A stretch of 63,609 nucleotides of DNA, filler included, from Dugesia japonica (lineage: Eukaryota): NCBI GenBank assembly GCA_001938525.1. It is 6 parts of 6 records of this genome, joined end to end, with 100 filler letters (N's around TTAATTAATTAA, not from the genome) between each part and the next. Parts side by side here need not be neighbours in the genome. Positions count along the whole stretch, not along the records: positions 12,540 to 21,014 come from MQRL01550535.1; positions 21,115 to 29,549 come from MQRL01586859.1; 4 more parts are not named here. One strand, 5' to 3'. Under the pieces are notes generated by a model. The model saw nothing but the letters and a program-made list of their open reading frames with translations. It did no database searches and was not told the DNA's origin. The translations under genes and the position numbers were made by a program. Positions 12,540-25,546 of this stretch are shown in pieces. Numbering within the stretch: the first letter of the stretch is position 1; each line of letters begins with the position of its first letter.

Positions 12540-12991
12540 ATTATTATTATTATTATTATTATTAGTATTACTATTAATATTATAAATAGATTTAATATTT
12601 TCAAAATTTTGAAAATAAATTAAAAAAGTTTCAAAAAAATGTTTCTTTTTAAATTTTTCATTAAAGTAACAAAAACTTTTTTAAAAAATTATTTTTATTT
12701 TTTCCAAATTTTGGATTTTATCTTCTTCAGGAATTCTGATTGATTTATTCAATTTGAAGTTTAATATCAATTTTTTTAAAACTTTATCTTTTAATACCGT
12801 TTTTTATTGGATTATATTATTAAAAATTCTAGTAATATCTGGTACAAATTTTTTGATTAAAATTTTTTCGTGTTTTTTTTTATTAAAATATTTAACACAA
12901 AATGTCCTGTGGAAAAATAAAAAAAGAAGAATAGATAAGAAACCAATACAATAATTAAACTATAAATATCAATGAGAAATGAAGTCAATTG

Positions 12992-13181
12992 ATGCAGAAT
13001 ATTATATACAAATCAAAGATCACATATTCACCTAGGATAATATTAAAAACACAAGCACCTTTAGAAATTCAACTAAAAAAACCGAAGAATAACTCATGTG
13101 GGCCAAAATGCATATGTAATAACAGGTACATATATAATAAAAAAAATGTAACTTATGAAACCTTTATTATAATTATTATTA

Positions 13182-13213
<32 letters not shown>

Positions 13214-14221
13214 NNNNNNNNNNNNNNNNNNNNNNNNNNNNNNNNNNNNNNNNNNNNNNNNNNNNNNNNNNNNNNNNNNNNNNNNNNNNNNNNNNNNNNN
13301 NNNNNNNTTATTATTATTATTATTATTATTAATATTATTTAGGATGTCATCTATAATTACGCAAATATAAGAAAATTAGACCGTTTTTGGATAGACGCTA
13401 CTGATGCTAAAAAAGAAGGTCGTTGGAAAAACGTAGATGAGAAAAATTTAGAATATACGTATGGAAAATTATTTTTAACAAATTTCACGTGAATTTTTAA
13501 TCCAGAAATTGGAAACCCGGAAAACCAACTACTGATGCCAAAATAAATTGTGCTTACATGACGGGAAGTTCGGAAACATTTTGGGACGTAGTTAACTGTG
13601 AATATAATTTAATGGTTATATGCTACTATGAAATTGAACCACCAGAAGTAACAAGTAAAAATATAACAAATATAATTTTTTTTAATGTCATAATATATTA
13701 AATCAATGATTCAAATATTTTCTTTCATTTTAAATAATTAAAGTCGAATTATTTTAGTAAGCCTAGATACGAAAAAACTAGTTATTCTTCCCGATTTTGC
13801 TACCTATCATATGGCTATTGATATTTGTAAATCGTTGGGCATGAATTTGACAAAAATAACAGATGTGAACATAAACGTTAGATAATAGTTGTATTTATTG
13901 AAATTTAATAATTGATGTTCAGGAAATCGTCCATGCATACATTCGAGAGAGAACGAAGAGTAAATTTTGGATTGATGGAAATGATTTAGATGTGCCTGGC
14001 CAATATTTGTATAATGATGGGACTAGGATGACGTTTACGTAAGTGAATAGTTTTTTTAAAAAATAAATTAATCCCAAATAAAAATTTACTATAGTAAATT
14101 TCCAATGGGTGATGCTTCAAAGTCAATAAAAGATCATTGTATTGTCGGATCAAAACAATTGGATGGCTGGTGGGGACATGCCATATGCACATATCCAAAT
14201 AGAGTAGTTTGCTATCAATAA
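12992..14221 (+). CDS. C-type lectin protein with two CTLDs, multi-exon (5' end uncertain, gap inside)
   Basis: Spliced reading FWIDATDAKKEGRW..YT/NWKPGKP..NCAY..FWDVVNC..VIC, then AIDICKSLGMNL/FWIDGNDLDVPGQYLYNDG/DHCIV..GWWGHAIC..VVCYQ*. GT-AG introns mostly about 46-57 bp; stop TAA 14219-14221. Confidence 0.82.
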
Positions 14222-14859
14222 TAGAACAGAAATTTTAAGCAATTTATAATTTGCTAAATTNTACTTTTCATCTTTTTGCAATACATCCATATTCAAAAGG
14301 ACACTTATTAAATCATTTTTCTTTTTATTGCAATATTATTCTACATATTATGAAGGGTATACCTAGAAACATCAAGAAATTGTGATACCTAGTGTCAAAA
14401 ACGCTTGTTCCCACAATTCGAGCGAGTTTTGTGGTTAAGAATCATTACATTGTCAAAACAATATAGGCTAAACTACTAACTACTAAATGTTTTCATCACT
14501 AAATATGTTTTTCAAACTTACACCAAACATTTTCTAGTTTCTTGTGGTTTCTTTTCGATGTGAAATCGTGATATCTTTAAAATACTTTACATCACATATG
14601 GCTTATTAATTACTTTATTATTAATCTAATATATAAAAGATGATGATTAATCAACATATGCGTAGTGTAGCGTGTTTTTTCTATAATAAACATATTAGTC
14701 ATGCAATTTTTCCTTTAAAAACATATTAACTAGGAACAGTTCTTTACAAAAAGATAAAAACAGAGATTTTTTTCATAAAAATCATAAATTTATGGAAACT
14801 TTCCATATATAACTAATAAGTCTTTATAAAAACTTATAAGAAAATATTTTTATGATTGT

Positions 14860-15620
14860 CTAGGGTTAATGAGTATATGTAGCTTATGAGTATATTATTT
14901 GCATAGTTACCTTGTATTATTTACATAGTAACCATGTAATATAGGGCTTATGAGTATAAAGAGTTTATACAGAATATGAGAGTATAAGGCTTTAATGTGT
15001 GTGGAACGTTTCCATATATAATTTAAAATTACTGTATAAATATCTTATAAGTGAATTATTTTATGAATATTTAGGGTTTATGAGTATCCTATTTACATAA
15101 TAACCGTGTATTATAAAGTTTATGAGTGCATATTTACATAGTTACCCTGTATTATAGAGTTTATGAGTATATTATTTGCATAGTTACCTTGTATTATTTA
15201 CATGTAACAGTTTATTATAAGGTTTATATTATTCACATATTAACCGTGTAATATAATGTTTACGAGTATATTATTTGCTTAGGTATCATGTTATATTTAC
15301 ATAACAATCGTTTAATATATTGATTTTTGTGTGTATTATTTGCATAACAATCGTGTAATATAAGGTGTATATGAGAAACATTCACATATATAACCTCAAA
15401 TTACTGTAAAAAATACATTATAATTAAATATTTTTGACTGTATAGGGGTTATGTTTGTATTATTTACATAGCATCCATGAAATATATGGTTTATCATGGT
15501 ATAATTTGGATAGTTACCTTGTATTATTTACATAGCAACCATGTATTACATGGTTTATTAGTATATAGGATTTATGAATGTGGATCATTTTCATATTTAT
15601 AACTTAAAATTACAGTATTA
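14860..15620 (+). repeat. Left arm of long inverted repeat built from tandem subunits
   Basis: Repeats of TTTATGAGTATATTATTTGCATAGTTACCTTGTATTATTTACATAGYAACC; about 15138-15310 is the near-exact reverse complement of about 16700-16870. Confidence 0.85.
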
Positions 15621-16269
15621 ATACTTAATGTTTACTTGGTGTTATATTCTTTTACTGAAACCAATCATTATCAAAACCCTTGTTAATTTTTAATTATAAA
15701 ACTTTTTTTTAATACAATAACTAAAATACTAAATAAAAGAAAGTAAAAATATTAATACATTTATTCAATGGAAACAAAAATAATCATTGTATTGTTTCAT
15801 TTAAGCCAGATACTTCTCCTTGGCAAAAATAAAATTAAACTTTGCACAATCATTACAGTTACATTGGCAAAAATCTAATTTAATATTCATTTATTACTGA
15901 GTACGGAAGCATTGGTTTCCTTTCTTCATCTATTAATACTCGTTCTTCACACATATCAACAAGCATTACTAAATTATGAATTATAAATTTTTAAATTTCA
16001 AACTTCTTTTTGAAAGAATATCTTCAAAACTTTTTAATTATTCTTTAATATATTTTTAAAATTACAATAAATAATAATGAAATGCAATATATATATATAT
16101 ATATATGTATATGCATAATAAAAAACCACTACGTAATATATTAATTATTTGAAATTTAAATATTTAAATTTAAATTGATATTTTTGTGTAGTTGAATTGT
16201 GAAAGGTTTGCATTTGTGTTGCGAATTTTCTAAATTTGTTCAATCAAATTGAATAAATCTGAAGTTATG

Positions 16270-16537
16270 TTATAAAGGGTCATATTTTACAAGTCTTAGA
16301 TCAGAAAATAACTCTAGTTCGAACCAACGACTATTCTTGAAAATTTATACATGGTTTCTTACAACCCATTATTCTATATTTTTCTGATCTGAAGTAAATA
16401 ATTGTAAAATTATCACTTTTGACTTTAAAGTGACTTGGTTTGCCTGTAGGAAAGCTCATTTTCTTTGTTACTTCTTGCGGCAGTTCACCTATGTTATTAA
16501 TATTGGTTATCATAATTATTGAATAAATGAAGAACAT
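16270..16537 (-). pseudogene. Divergent intronless TATA-binding-protein-like gene
   Basis: ITNIN...TIIYFRSEKYRIMGCK resembles TBP TALIFSSGKMVCTGAK; after a frameshift WFELELFSDLRLVKYDPL resembles YEPELFPGLIYRMIKP of TBP repeat 2. Confidence 0.65.
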
Positions 16538-16654
16538 TAAGGTTTGGATGGATTTAATTTAATTGATTCGTTAAAACAAATATATAAAATGTAATACATT
16601 ATTAATAAATTTCAAAAAACTAAGATAATCAAATTATTCTATGAAAAAAATTAC

Positions 16655-17155
16655 CATCATAAGCCTTATATTACACAGTTGCTATGAAAATAATTAAAAG
16701 GTTGTTTTGTAAATATTACATGATACCTAAGCAAATAATATACCCATAAACATTATATTACACGGTTAATATGTGAATAATATAAACCTTATAATAAACT
16801 GTTGCATGTAAATAATACAAGGTAACTATGCAAATAATATACTCATAAATCCTATAATACAAGGTTACTATGAATTAATACACCCAGTATCCTTATAATA
16901 CTGGGTTGCTATGTAAATAATACAAGGTAACTATATAAATAATACAAGGTAAATCTGCACATAATACACTCATAAACCTTATTATACGCGGTTGCTATGT
17001 AAATAATACAAGGTAACTATGAAAATAATATATTCATAAACCCTATAATACAGGTCTACTATGTATTAATACAGCCATAATCCTTATAATACTGGGTTGC
17101 TATGTAAAAAATACAAGGTAACTATATAAATAATACAAGGTAAATATGCATATAA
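16655..17155 (-). repeat. Right arm of long inverted repeat
   Basis: Repeats of GGTTGCTATGTAAATAATACAAGGTAACTAT, reverse complement of the left-arm units. Confidence 0.85.
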
Positions 17156-17164
17156 TTATTTATT

Positions 17165-17790
17165 TCCTCATACTCCTAAAATAAAATGAGGTTAAATCAA
17201 GATGAATACAACAAAGCGGTTGAAATTTGGAAAATTACAATTTATAAAAACCTATTAGACTATTAGTTGTTATATCTTAAGTCGGAAGTTTTCATTTTAA
17301 CCAACCTTTGCAAACAGTTTAGATCAAATTCATTAGTGCATAATAATTTAGTACTATTGATATTTTTCGGTATTCCTGGTATTGCATTGGCATCTGCCTT
17401 AATGACCCTTAATAAATCCATTCAGTTGCTGAAAGATTACGATATGTAAATCTTTTTAATCAGAGGACTGAATTTTGTCAATAAACATCATGCCGTTAGT
17501 GATAAAAATACTGAACCTTTGTATATAGATATAAATAATTTATATGGTTGAGCATTAATCCCCAAATTACTTTACAAATATTTTCAGTGGATTCATTCTA
17601 ATTTAGAGATAGTGTTGAACAATGTAAAACCATGGATATGGAGTTATTATCATACAGATATGCATCGGAAGTGGACGTGATAATTCCTGATGAGCTTAAC
17701 GATTACAATGAAAATATATCAATAAATCACTTAGAATGAGACAATAAACCATCAGTAGGTAACGTTAAAATTCCAAATGTTGCCTTGACA
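17165..17790 (+). pseudogene. pPolB fragment (Exo III to polymerase motif A)
   Basis: NLLDY*LLYLKSEVFILTNLCKQFR..FFGIPGIALASAL..IQLL..IRG..FVNKH..LYIDINNLYG*AL..L.YKYFQW; collinear with 4870-5080 and 57300-57620. Confidence 0.85.
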
Positions 17791-18959
17791 AATAAGGACG
17801 ATAATTGAGTTTTAATAAAAAAAAACATAACTATACCATACGGGCATTATACTCATACTAATAAATGAGTATGACACATAGTAATTTTATCTCGTAAATC
17901 AGATACTCAACCAGTAAGTAATAACGTTTGATTTGTAATAATTATTTTTATTATTATTATAATACAAACGTGATCACCTGGAATATCAGTATTCTCAAGA
18001 GTCGAACCATTTATCTGTTATTATTTTTAATATCACTTATTCAAGATTTTGTAATTTATTTTATCTAGGATTATTTGTAAATAATATGTATCATTCATGA
18101 GTCAAAAATTTTATCTGTGATTATTTCTAAATATGATGTATAATTCAAAATTTTGTCTTTTTATTAAAATATATGTATAATTAAATTTGTTTAGATCTAA
18201 CTTTGTTAAAGCATTTTAGGATACAAGTTAATGAGACATTTATATCTTACATTTTAATTTACTATCTAACACTAAATTTTCATTGAGATCGGCTGTCACC
18301 AGGGGTGGTGTCATGCTGACATACATTTTACACCTATAAGGAAGCCTTTTTCGGCATAAGTACCTTTTGATGTATAGGTAAATTTTATTTTTAGAGCAAA
18401 TGGTAGAAATTTCAAAGCTGTGTCTTTCAAAATGGTGGTAATTTTAATTTTAAATTTTAAATAACTTTTTACCTACCCATCCGAGAAAACATTTAAATGC
18501 TCATAATTGTGCGGCTATTCATTGATAAAAAAACTATCAAATAATTAATTACGTAACCAAAATAAATAAATTTTTAATTTCGATTTTTTTAGTGAAGACA
18601 CTATCTCATAATACAAGTTTATGAGACATTTATATCTAACCTTTTAATTATCTATCCATGCTATGAATGACCTTTGCAAAATAGAGGAAAAATATCGAAA
18701 AAAATCCACCAAAAAAGATTTTCTGGACGGGCCAAAGTGGCGTTATGCACGAGATCTCAGCCCGTACATAAACCACAATAGTATACCACATTCATGAGCG
18801 TTCTCCCAAAACAAACCAAACTCAAAAAATTGGAATTTCGAACTATCTTTCAAGAATTATGAGTGGGGCAATACAAATTTGTGCAACTTTAACAAGAAAT
18901 ATGTAGATAGCGCATATTATTAGTACTCTCAAAAACAAGAAAATTGAAAATGACATAAG

Positions 18960-19897
18960 TGGTAGCACCTACATTTGATGCGAATAATCACACCTTTACG
19001 GTGCACTTAAATAATACAAATTTATTAATTGACACTTAATCAGTTATATAACTACTCTATAATTATCTCTTCAAAACATCCTCAAAACTAATAAAAAACA
19101 TTAATTACAGCCAACGGCTCGACGATGAACACTCAAAGTGATAAACAATTATAAATCAAAACAAATAGACTTTCACAATTGCTGAAGACAGCAAAAAGCC
19201 AGAGAGTAACAAATTATAGCAAAAATTATTCAACAAACAAACCAAAATTAAGGTAAGAGCCGTGAACACTACCACAACCAAAAATGCTAAATTGGAATAC
19301 AATGGAATGAAAAACTTGTTAAAGGAATACAAACCATTTGCCAAAAAATTACTAATAACAGGAACTTCTTCATGAATCACAGAGCATGCCATCATAACTA
19401 ATGGTAACGAAGTTTTATAAAGTCAGACAATTGGATCCTGACCAAACAGAAATAACCAAAAATATATTTGAAAATTTAGAAAAAAGCAATATCGTAAACC
19501 AATCCAAATAAAATTGGTCACACAAATAATTTCAGAAACAAATACATATCCAAAATCTAAAACAATGCCCATTAAACAAGGCGACATTTGAAATAATCTG
19601 TAATTCATACATCTGAAAAAACATGAAAAAAGAAATAATAAAATTTTGTCGAAATTTGTCCAAACTGCAAGAAAAACCAAAAACCAAAAAATATCAAAAC
19701 CAAAAAAGTCAATTTTCTTAGTAGCGAAGAAATTCGAAGTTATACATGTGGATATAGTTGGACAATTACCGCCAAACGACCAGGGCAAATATTTAATGAC
19801 CATAAAACAAAAAACAAACTGGTTCGAAGCCCACAAACTGAAAAAAATATCCACCACCGATATTTGCAAAAATACAGAATTAAACTTGTTCGAATAG
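18960..19897 (+). pseudogene. Highly decayed Gypsy pol (protease remnant to integrase start)
   Basis: NLLIDT protease-like remnant near 19020-19037; FEVIHVDIVGQLPPNDQGKYLMTI..TNWFEAHKL integrase core. Confidence 0.7.
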
Positions 19898-20761
19898 TTT
19901 ATTTTAATTCTCGGGAGACACTATATAGCTTTTCCGCTATATCTGAATTTTTAATTTTTAAATATTTCATTAAAATAAAGAAAAAGCTTAGATCAAAATA
20001 AAATATATTTGTAAAGAAATTCAAATTTTCGACACTTGTCTTCTTCAAGAATGATGAGTTTCTGATCGATTCAAAAGAACAATAGATCTTTGCAACAAAA
20101 TTGTTAATCTTTTATCGAAATTTTATTGGTTTATTTAAAGTATAATTTTTTTTAAATTAAATTAAATTTCATATAATCTCAAAATTAATTTTTTATTAAT
20201 ATTACAATTAAAGTTACAATATTAAAACTTTAATTTTTCACAAATTCTTTCAAAATTGTTAAAATTATTTTAATTACTGGAAGTCTTTGAAACATTTTTT
20301 TTTTATTGAAAACTTTTAATTATTTGTAATTTCGAAAGTCTTTTATTTTTAAATTTTTAAATTATTATTTATACATTGTTTAAACATGTCTGTGATACAA
20401 ATTTCTCAGTTTTAAATAATATTTTATGAAAGAAATTCACGGAAAACTCCAAAGACAAATTTAATCATTATTTGTTTTAATCATTTTCAAAAGAATAAAA
20501 AGAAAACAAATTTAAATATTTTTTTATTATTTCATAGATATTTTGTAACATTTGAGAAAGATTTCTAAAAGAATTTTTAATTAATTTAAAACAAAATATA
20601 TGAAAATTTTAAAATAAAACAGAAAAATGTGAAAAATCTAAAAAATATATAAGTAATAAATATAAAACTCAGTAGTCCCTGTGTTTTATACTTCTCCCGT
20701 GGATACATAGTTCTAACATTTGGAGTGATATTTTTAACCCAATCTAGGTTAGATCAAATTT

Positions 20762-20956
20762 TATAATAATAATAATAATTATAATAAAAATAATAATAGT
20801 AATGATAATAATAATAATAATAATATAAATAATAATAATAATGATAATAATAATTATTAAATAATAATAGTAATGATAATAATAGTAATGATAATAATAA
20901 TAATAATAATAATAGTGATGATAATAATAATTATAATAAAAATAATAATAGTAATG

Positions 20957-21014
<58 letters not shown>
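20762..21014. repeat. (AAT)n microsatellite
   Basis: Directly visible; similar arrays at 1350-1405, 13165-13340, 27880-28490. Confidence 0.95.
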
Positions 21015-21114
21015 NNNNNNNNNNNNNNNNNNNNNNNNNNNNNNNNNNNNNNNNNNNNTTAATTAATTAANNNNNNNNNNNNNNNNNNNNNNNNNNNNNN
21101 NNNNNNNNNNNNNN
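21015..21114. other. Artificial scaffold spacer
   Basis: N44, TTAATTAATTAA (21059-21070), N44. Confidence 0.97.
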
Positions 21115-22079
21115 ACTCTGATAGTCCCTTTCCATTTATTAGTATTTGCATTTAGATTTTGCAATTCTTTCCACACTTCATCACAATTATTTCTGTCATT
21201 TTGTCATTTTTGAAGCAATTTTTTATTCCAATCAACTGATTGAATCAATTATTATTTTTGATTCCTCATAATGTCAATCATTTAAACAAAATTTTTCATT
21301 TCGATCAATTAACGCTGTCCGTTCAAAATAACTCAGTGAACGATTAGATCCCAACTGAACCCCCAAAATACTTGTTGATATTCTAGACTTTTCGATTTTT
21401 ATTTTAATTTTCCTTTCCAAATATCCTTCATCTACTCAATCGTTTTTTTTGATGTGTTAGTCTAAAGAGCAATATAGAATCAGCAAGTATTTATGACACG
21501 TCTATGTCATGTCCCTCTTTCCGGATTCAACGCGACATTGTAATATTGCGTCTAACACGGTTGATGTTTGCGGAAAATATTTTAATTCGATCAGTAATTA
21601 ATTTTCCTCTCGAACTAACATCATTGCTATCGATCCATACATANCCCAAATATCAAATGAACACTTTCTACATAGAAATTTTATTCCAGTTAATTAGGCA
21701 TCTAAATCCACGATATCATTTGCTCCTTCTTGCTCCACTTTGGTCAGCTGGTACGACAACCACAATTTCATCAGCATCTTGAACAGATCCACCTTACGCT
21801 CCGCATAGATTTGGATTACATGAGTTACTCTTTCAAAATTCATTATTTTCCTCGGGGAGATTCAAAACGAATGTTCATGTTTTTCAATATAACCTCTTAT
21901 GTATAAAGTTTGACGATTTTGGGTGATGATATTGTTAATCACCGAAAAATGCTCTATCGAAGAGATAGTTTAATTATCAAATTTGACATACTTTTTATTT
22001 TAATTAATTATTGAGAATTAATTATTGAAATGTAAAATATTTTCAAACTAATTTAAATTGCTACTTTTTACCGTATATA

Positions 22080-23300
22080 TTCTTTATCAGTGAAGAATTC
22101 TCTATCAAATCCTACTTAGATTATTAAATTTGGATGAAAATTAGAAAAACTAATTTTTTATTTGTGTCGGTTAAGCATTAGTGGCATTTTAAACCATGTT
22201 TTTTCAAGTTTTCTCCATAAATTTTTTTCTAAACAATTTAAGAATTACTTGGAGAGAGTGTTGTATGAGGCATTAATGATTAGATTTCATAATCCAAGCA
22301 TTAATGTACAGGCAGCTCTTTCGACTGAATTGATTAAAAATTTTTAATTTTTTTGGATAATAAATAATTTTTCAATTTTTTTTTGAAATCTTAATTTATT
22401 TTCAAATAATTTTTTATTAGTTTTCTATTTCATTTTTTGATATAAATTTCAATTTTCATAGGTTTTGAAAAAATTTTAATATAATCTAAAATTNNNNNNN
22501 NNNNNNNNNNNNNNNNNNNNNNNNNNNNNNNNNNNNNNNNNNNTTCTTTATCAGTGAAGAATTCTCTATCAAATCCTACTTAGATTATTAAATTTGGATG
22601 AAAATTAGAAAAACTAACTTTTTATTTGTGTCGGTTAAGCATTAGTGGTATTTTTAACCATGTTTTTTCAAGTTTTCTCCATAAATTTTTTTCTAAGCAA
22701 TTTAAGAATTACTTGGAGAGAGTGTTGTATGAGGCGTTAATGATTAGATTTCATAATCCAAGCATTAATGTACAGGCAGCTCTTTCGACTGAATTGATTA
22801 AAAAAATTTAATTTTTTTGGATATTAAATAATTTTTCAATTTTTTTTGAAATCTTAATTTATTTTCAAATAATTTTTTAATGGTTTTCTATTTCATTTTT
22901 TGATATAAATTTCAATTTTCATAGGTTTTGAAAAAATTTTAATATAATCTAAAATTNNNNNNNNNNNNNNNNNNNNNNNNNNNNNNNNNNNNNNNNNNNN
23001 NNNNNNAATTTCAATTTTCATAGGTTTTGAAAAAATTTTAATATAATCTAAAATTAAAAAATTTAAATATTTTGGAAAAATATCTTTGATTTTAAAGGTA
23101 ACAGTAATAAAATATTATTATATAAATTAATTTTCTATTGAAAAATTGTTAAAAAATTTAGAAAATTAAGAATTATACCCGTCTTATATTCAGTATAATC
23201 GCATTAATCTTTGTTTGAATAATACAGACTGAATAAACTCATTTTTTCATTTTTGTCTGATGATGACACCTGGTTAATCCGTCGAAATATATAACAATAG
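22080..23300 (+). mobile_element. Penelope-like element 3' remnant in tandem copies
   Basis: Near-identical ~413-bp units (22080-22493, 22544-22956, partial 23007-23055) encoding LERVLYEALMIRFHNPSINVQ, the GIY-YIG C-terminal E.L.I...P.LN motif, followed by a hammerhead. Confidence 0.7.
23253..23297 (+). ncRNA. Minimal type I hammerhead ribozyme
   Basis: TTGT-CTGATGA-T-GAC-[13 nt]-GTC-GAAA-TATAT-A-ACAA: stem I TTGT/ACAA, stem II GAC/GTC, palindromic stem III ATATAT; predicted cleavage after A23293. Confidence 0.75.
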
Positions 23301-23396
23301 AGTTTTATTTTAAATTGCGTTACTTACAAAACCAAATAATTCGCTTCTCAACTTTAAATTTCATAATTTTTAAAATTTATTTCTGAATATAAATTA

Positions 23397-24160
23397 CTGT
23401 AAAACCCCATATTAAAACTTTCTTTTTTTGGCGTTATCAGTAGTGGCGGTATAAAGGGGTATGTTTAAATTATACCAGCATGGTTGTTTCGATAAGCTGA
23501 CAGGCGGATAATGGCAAGTTTAATTTTGTTGTTTAAATATTAATATTTATTGAATCCTTATTAAAACACAAACAGAAATTTTTAAATAGTGAAAATAAAT
23601 AATTCTACCAAAAGTATTTTTCATAAAAATATAAAAATCATCGTGAATTATACATTTTGACGCTAATACAGTTACGCTATACAGCTGCGTAAAATTGTGA
23701 TTTTAGAACATCAACTTTGTGTCGTAATGTCTTGTTAATTAAATGGATAGAAATTTGTGGAGAATTGTTTGCGTTTCAACTAAACCTATTTTCAAACGTA
23801 CGTGGAAATACTTTTTTTATAAAGAAAACACAAACTAGTTACATAATTAATAAACCGATCCAGATTAGATTGTACTTCATTTGAGTCAAATGTACACGCT
23901 TTGAATTTCCTAAATTTATCATCTGATCAATTCTTGTTCATTTTGGGTTACACTGTTTTATTGTAAATATCAATTTTCAGTTATTTGCGATAAATAAATC
24001 AATAAAAATTTAATTGAAAATTTTTAGAGTAATATATTGATTGCTATTAAATTAATTTTTGTATGTTATGTAAAAATAAATGATGGCATGTTGTATAACA
24101 TAACTATGGCGGTTGGGCAAGTACCGATATATAGTGGGGCGGTATATAGGGGTTTTACTG
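23397..24160. mobile_element. Non-autonomous Tc1/mariner (Tigger-like) element
   Basis: TA-CTGTAAAACCCC at the left and GGGGTTTTACTG-TA at the right (one mismatch); no ORF. Confidence 0.75.
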
Positions 24161-25546
24161 TATTTCAAATATAGATATAAAATATTTTTTAAACCATTTA
24201 TTTGGTCAAATTTTAAAACAAATCTTCCAAAAAAATTTTAAATTATACATAATAAACGAAATGCATTCAATGTTTTTTTTAAAATAAAATATTTGTTTTA
24301 TAATTACAATAATTGCGAAAATAATAATTAANAATAATAATTAAAAACTACAAAGCTTATTTTTCATGCAGTATTGTTTAAAAACAAAATTCAGTAATCG
24401 ATTTATAATTGAAACTGCAGTTTAATTTACATTTTTAATTTTTTTTAATTAGTGTTTGTTTACGAAAATTTGATGTCCACAAATGATACAAATCTAAACT
24501 CAAAAGAAAGAACAATGATTTACATAATGTATTACATAATTCAGGTCATAGCGCAATTATTGACATACCTAGTCGCACTCATCAGATATCAGTCACATCG
24601 TCATCATTATCCCAGTTGAATTGCAATTTGTCATCGGTAATACGTTAATAGCAGTGCAGAACATTTGATAGTNNNNNNNNNNNNNNNNNNNNNNNNNNNA
24701 TTTCGATAGTAACAAGTGAAAATTATGTATATCATTTAAAATTAGAAATACGATAGCGAAATTTGTTTATTTATTTATTTAAGATCTGAAATACCTATTT
24801 ACACAACTATGCAAATGACAACTTTATTAAATCAGCACCGAAGTTTTTGTCCGCTTATTATAGAATTAGCTTTGTTTTTATTTATAGGAATCATGTACAC
24901 ATTGGAATTTGTGTACGCATAATATCTATCTATATTATTATCCTATTTCTATCATAGAGCTTTGTTGACATAAACTAAATCGATATTGATATCATCAATA
25001 GAAACTCTTCATATTAAGTAACAAATGAACAATATGTGAAGCATGTGGACTGAATCATTATCCACCGCTACCTCTCAATGGCAATCTGTTGTGAATGTGT
25101 GTCTGTTGTGAGTCAGCATAGGAGTAATCGGAATGACTGTATGATACTTGCAATTTATTCAATTTTGATTGATAGTTGTGTGTTTTGTATATCAGCTCGC
25201 GGATGGAAGTAGTAGTAGTTGACATAGAGCGTGAGGACAATTTCTCTGTCCCTATACCATGACGCATTATTAATTTTATTGGTAGAACAGAAATCGTCAC
25301 GAGCTGAGCAAATATTCATCTTCAGTAGACGAAGCAATTGTAGCCATCATAAAATAAGGTCATAGTAGTAATAGGCCTTGTGTAACACAACTGATAAACA
25401 GCCATTCATTTCTGTGATTGTGATTGGTCAATTTATTTTCAAATCAATGTTAACTTAACGAGCTGTAACAAAGACTGTTGTCAGAATTGCGCTTTCTGAA
25501 ACAAATATAGACTATTGTACAAACAGAATTTGTGCTGATTAGTGCC

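Noticed and set aside
14860-17155. CRISPR-like array
   Set aside because: Units are degenerate tandem repeats without unique spacers, there are no cas genes and the context is eukaryotic.
20873-21070. Poly-Ile and Y/F/I-rich ORFs (also 27982-28280, 33637-33819)
   Set aside because: Translations of (AAT)n/(ATT)n microsatellite.
22162-22811. Duplicated 61-aa genes
   Set aside because: They are Penelope remnants, and copies are separated by 50-N gaps, so part of the duplication may be allelic or assembly redundancy.
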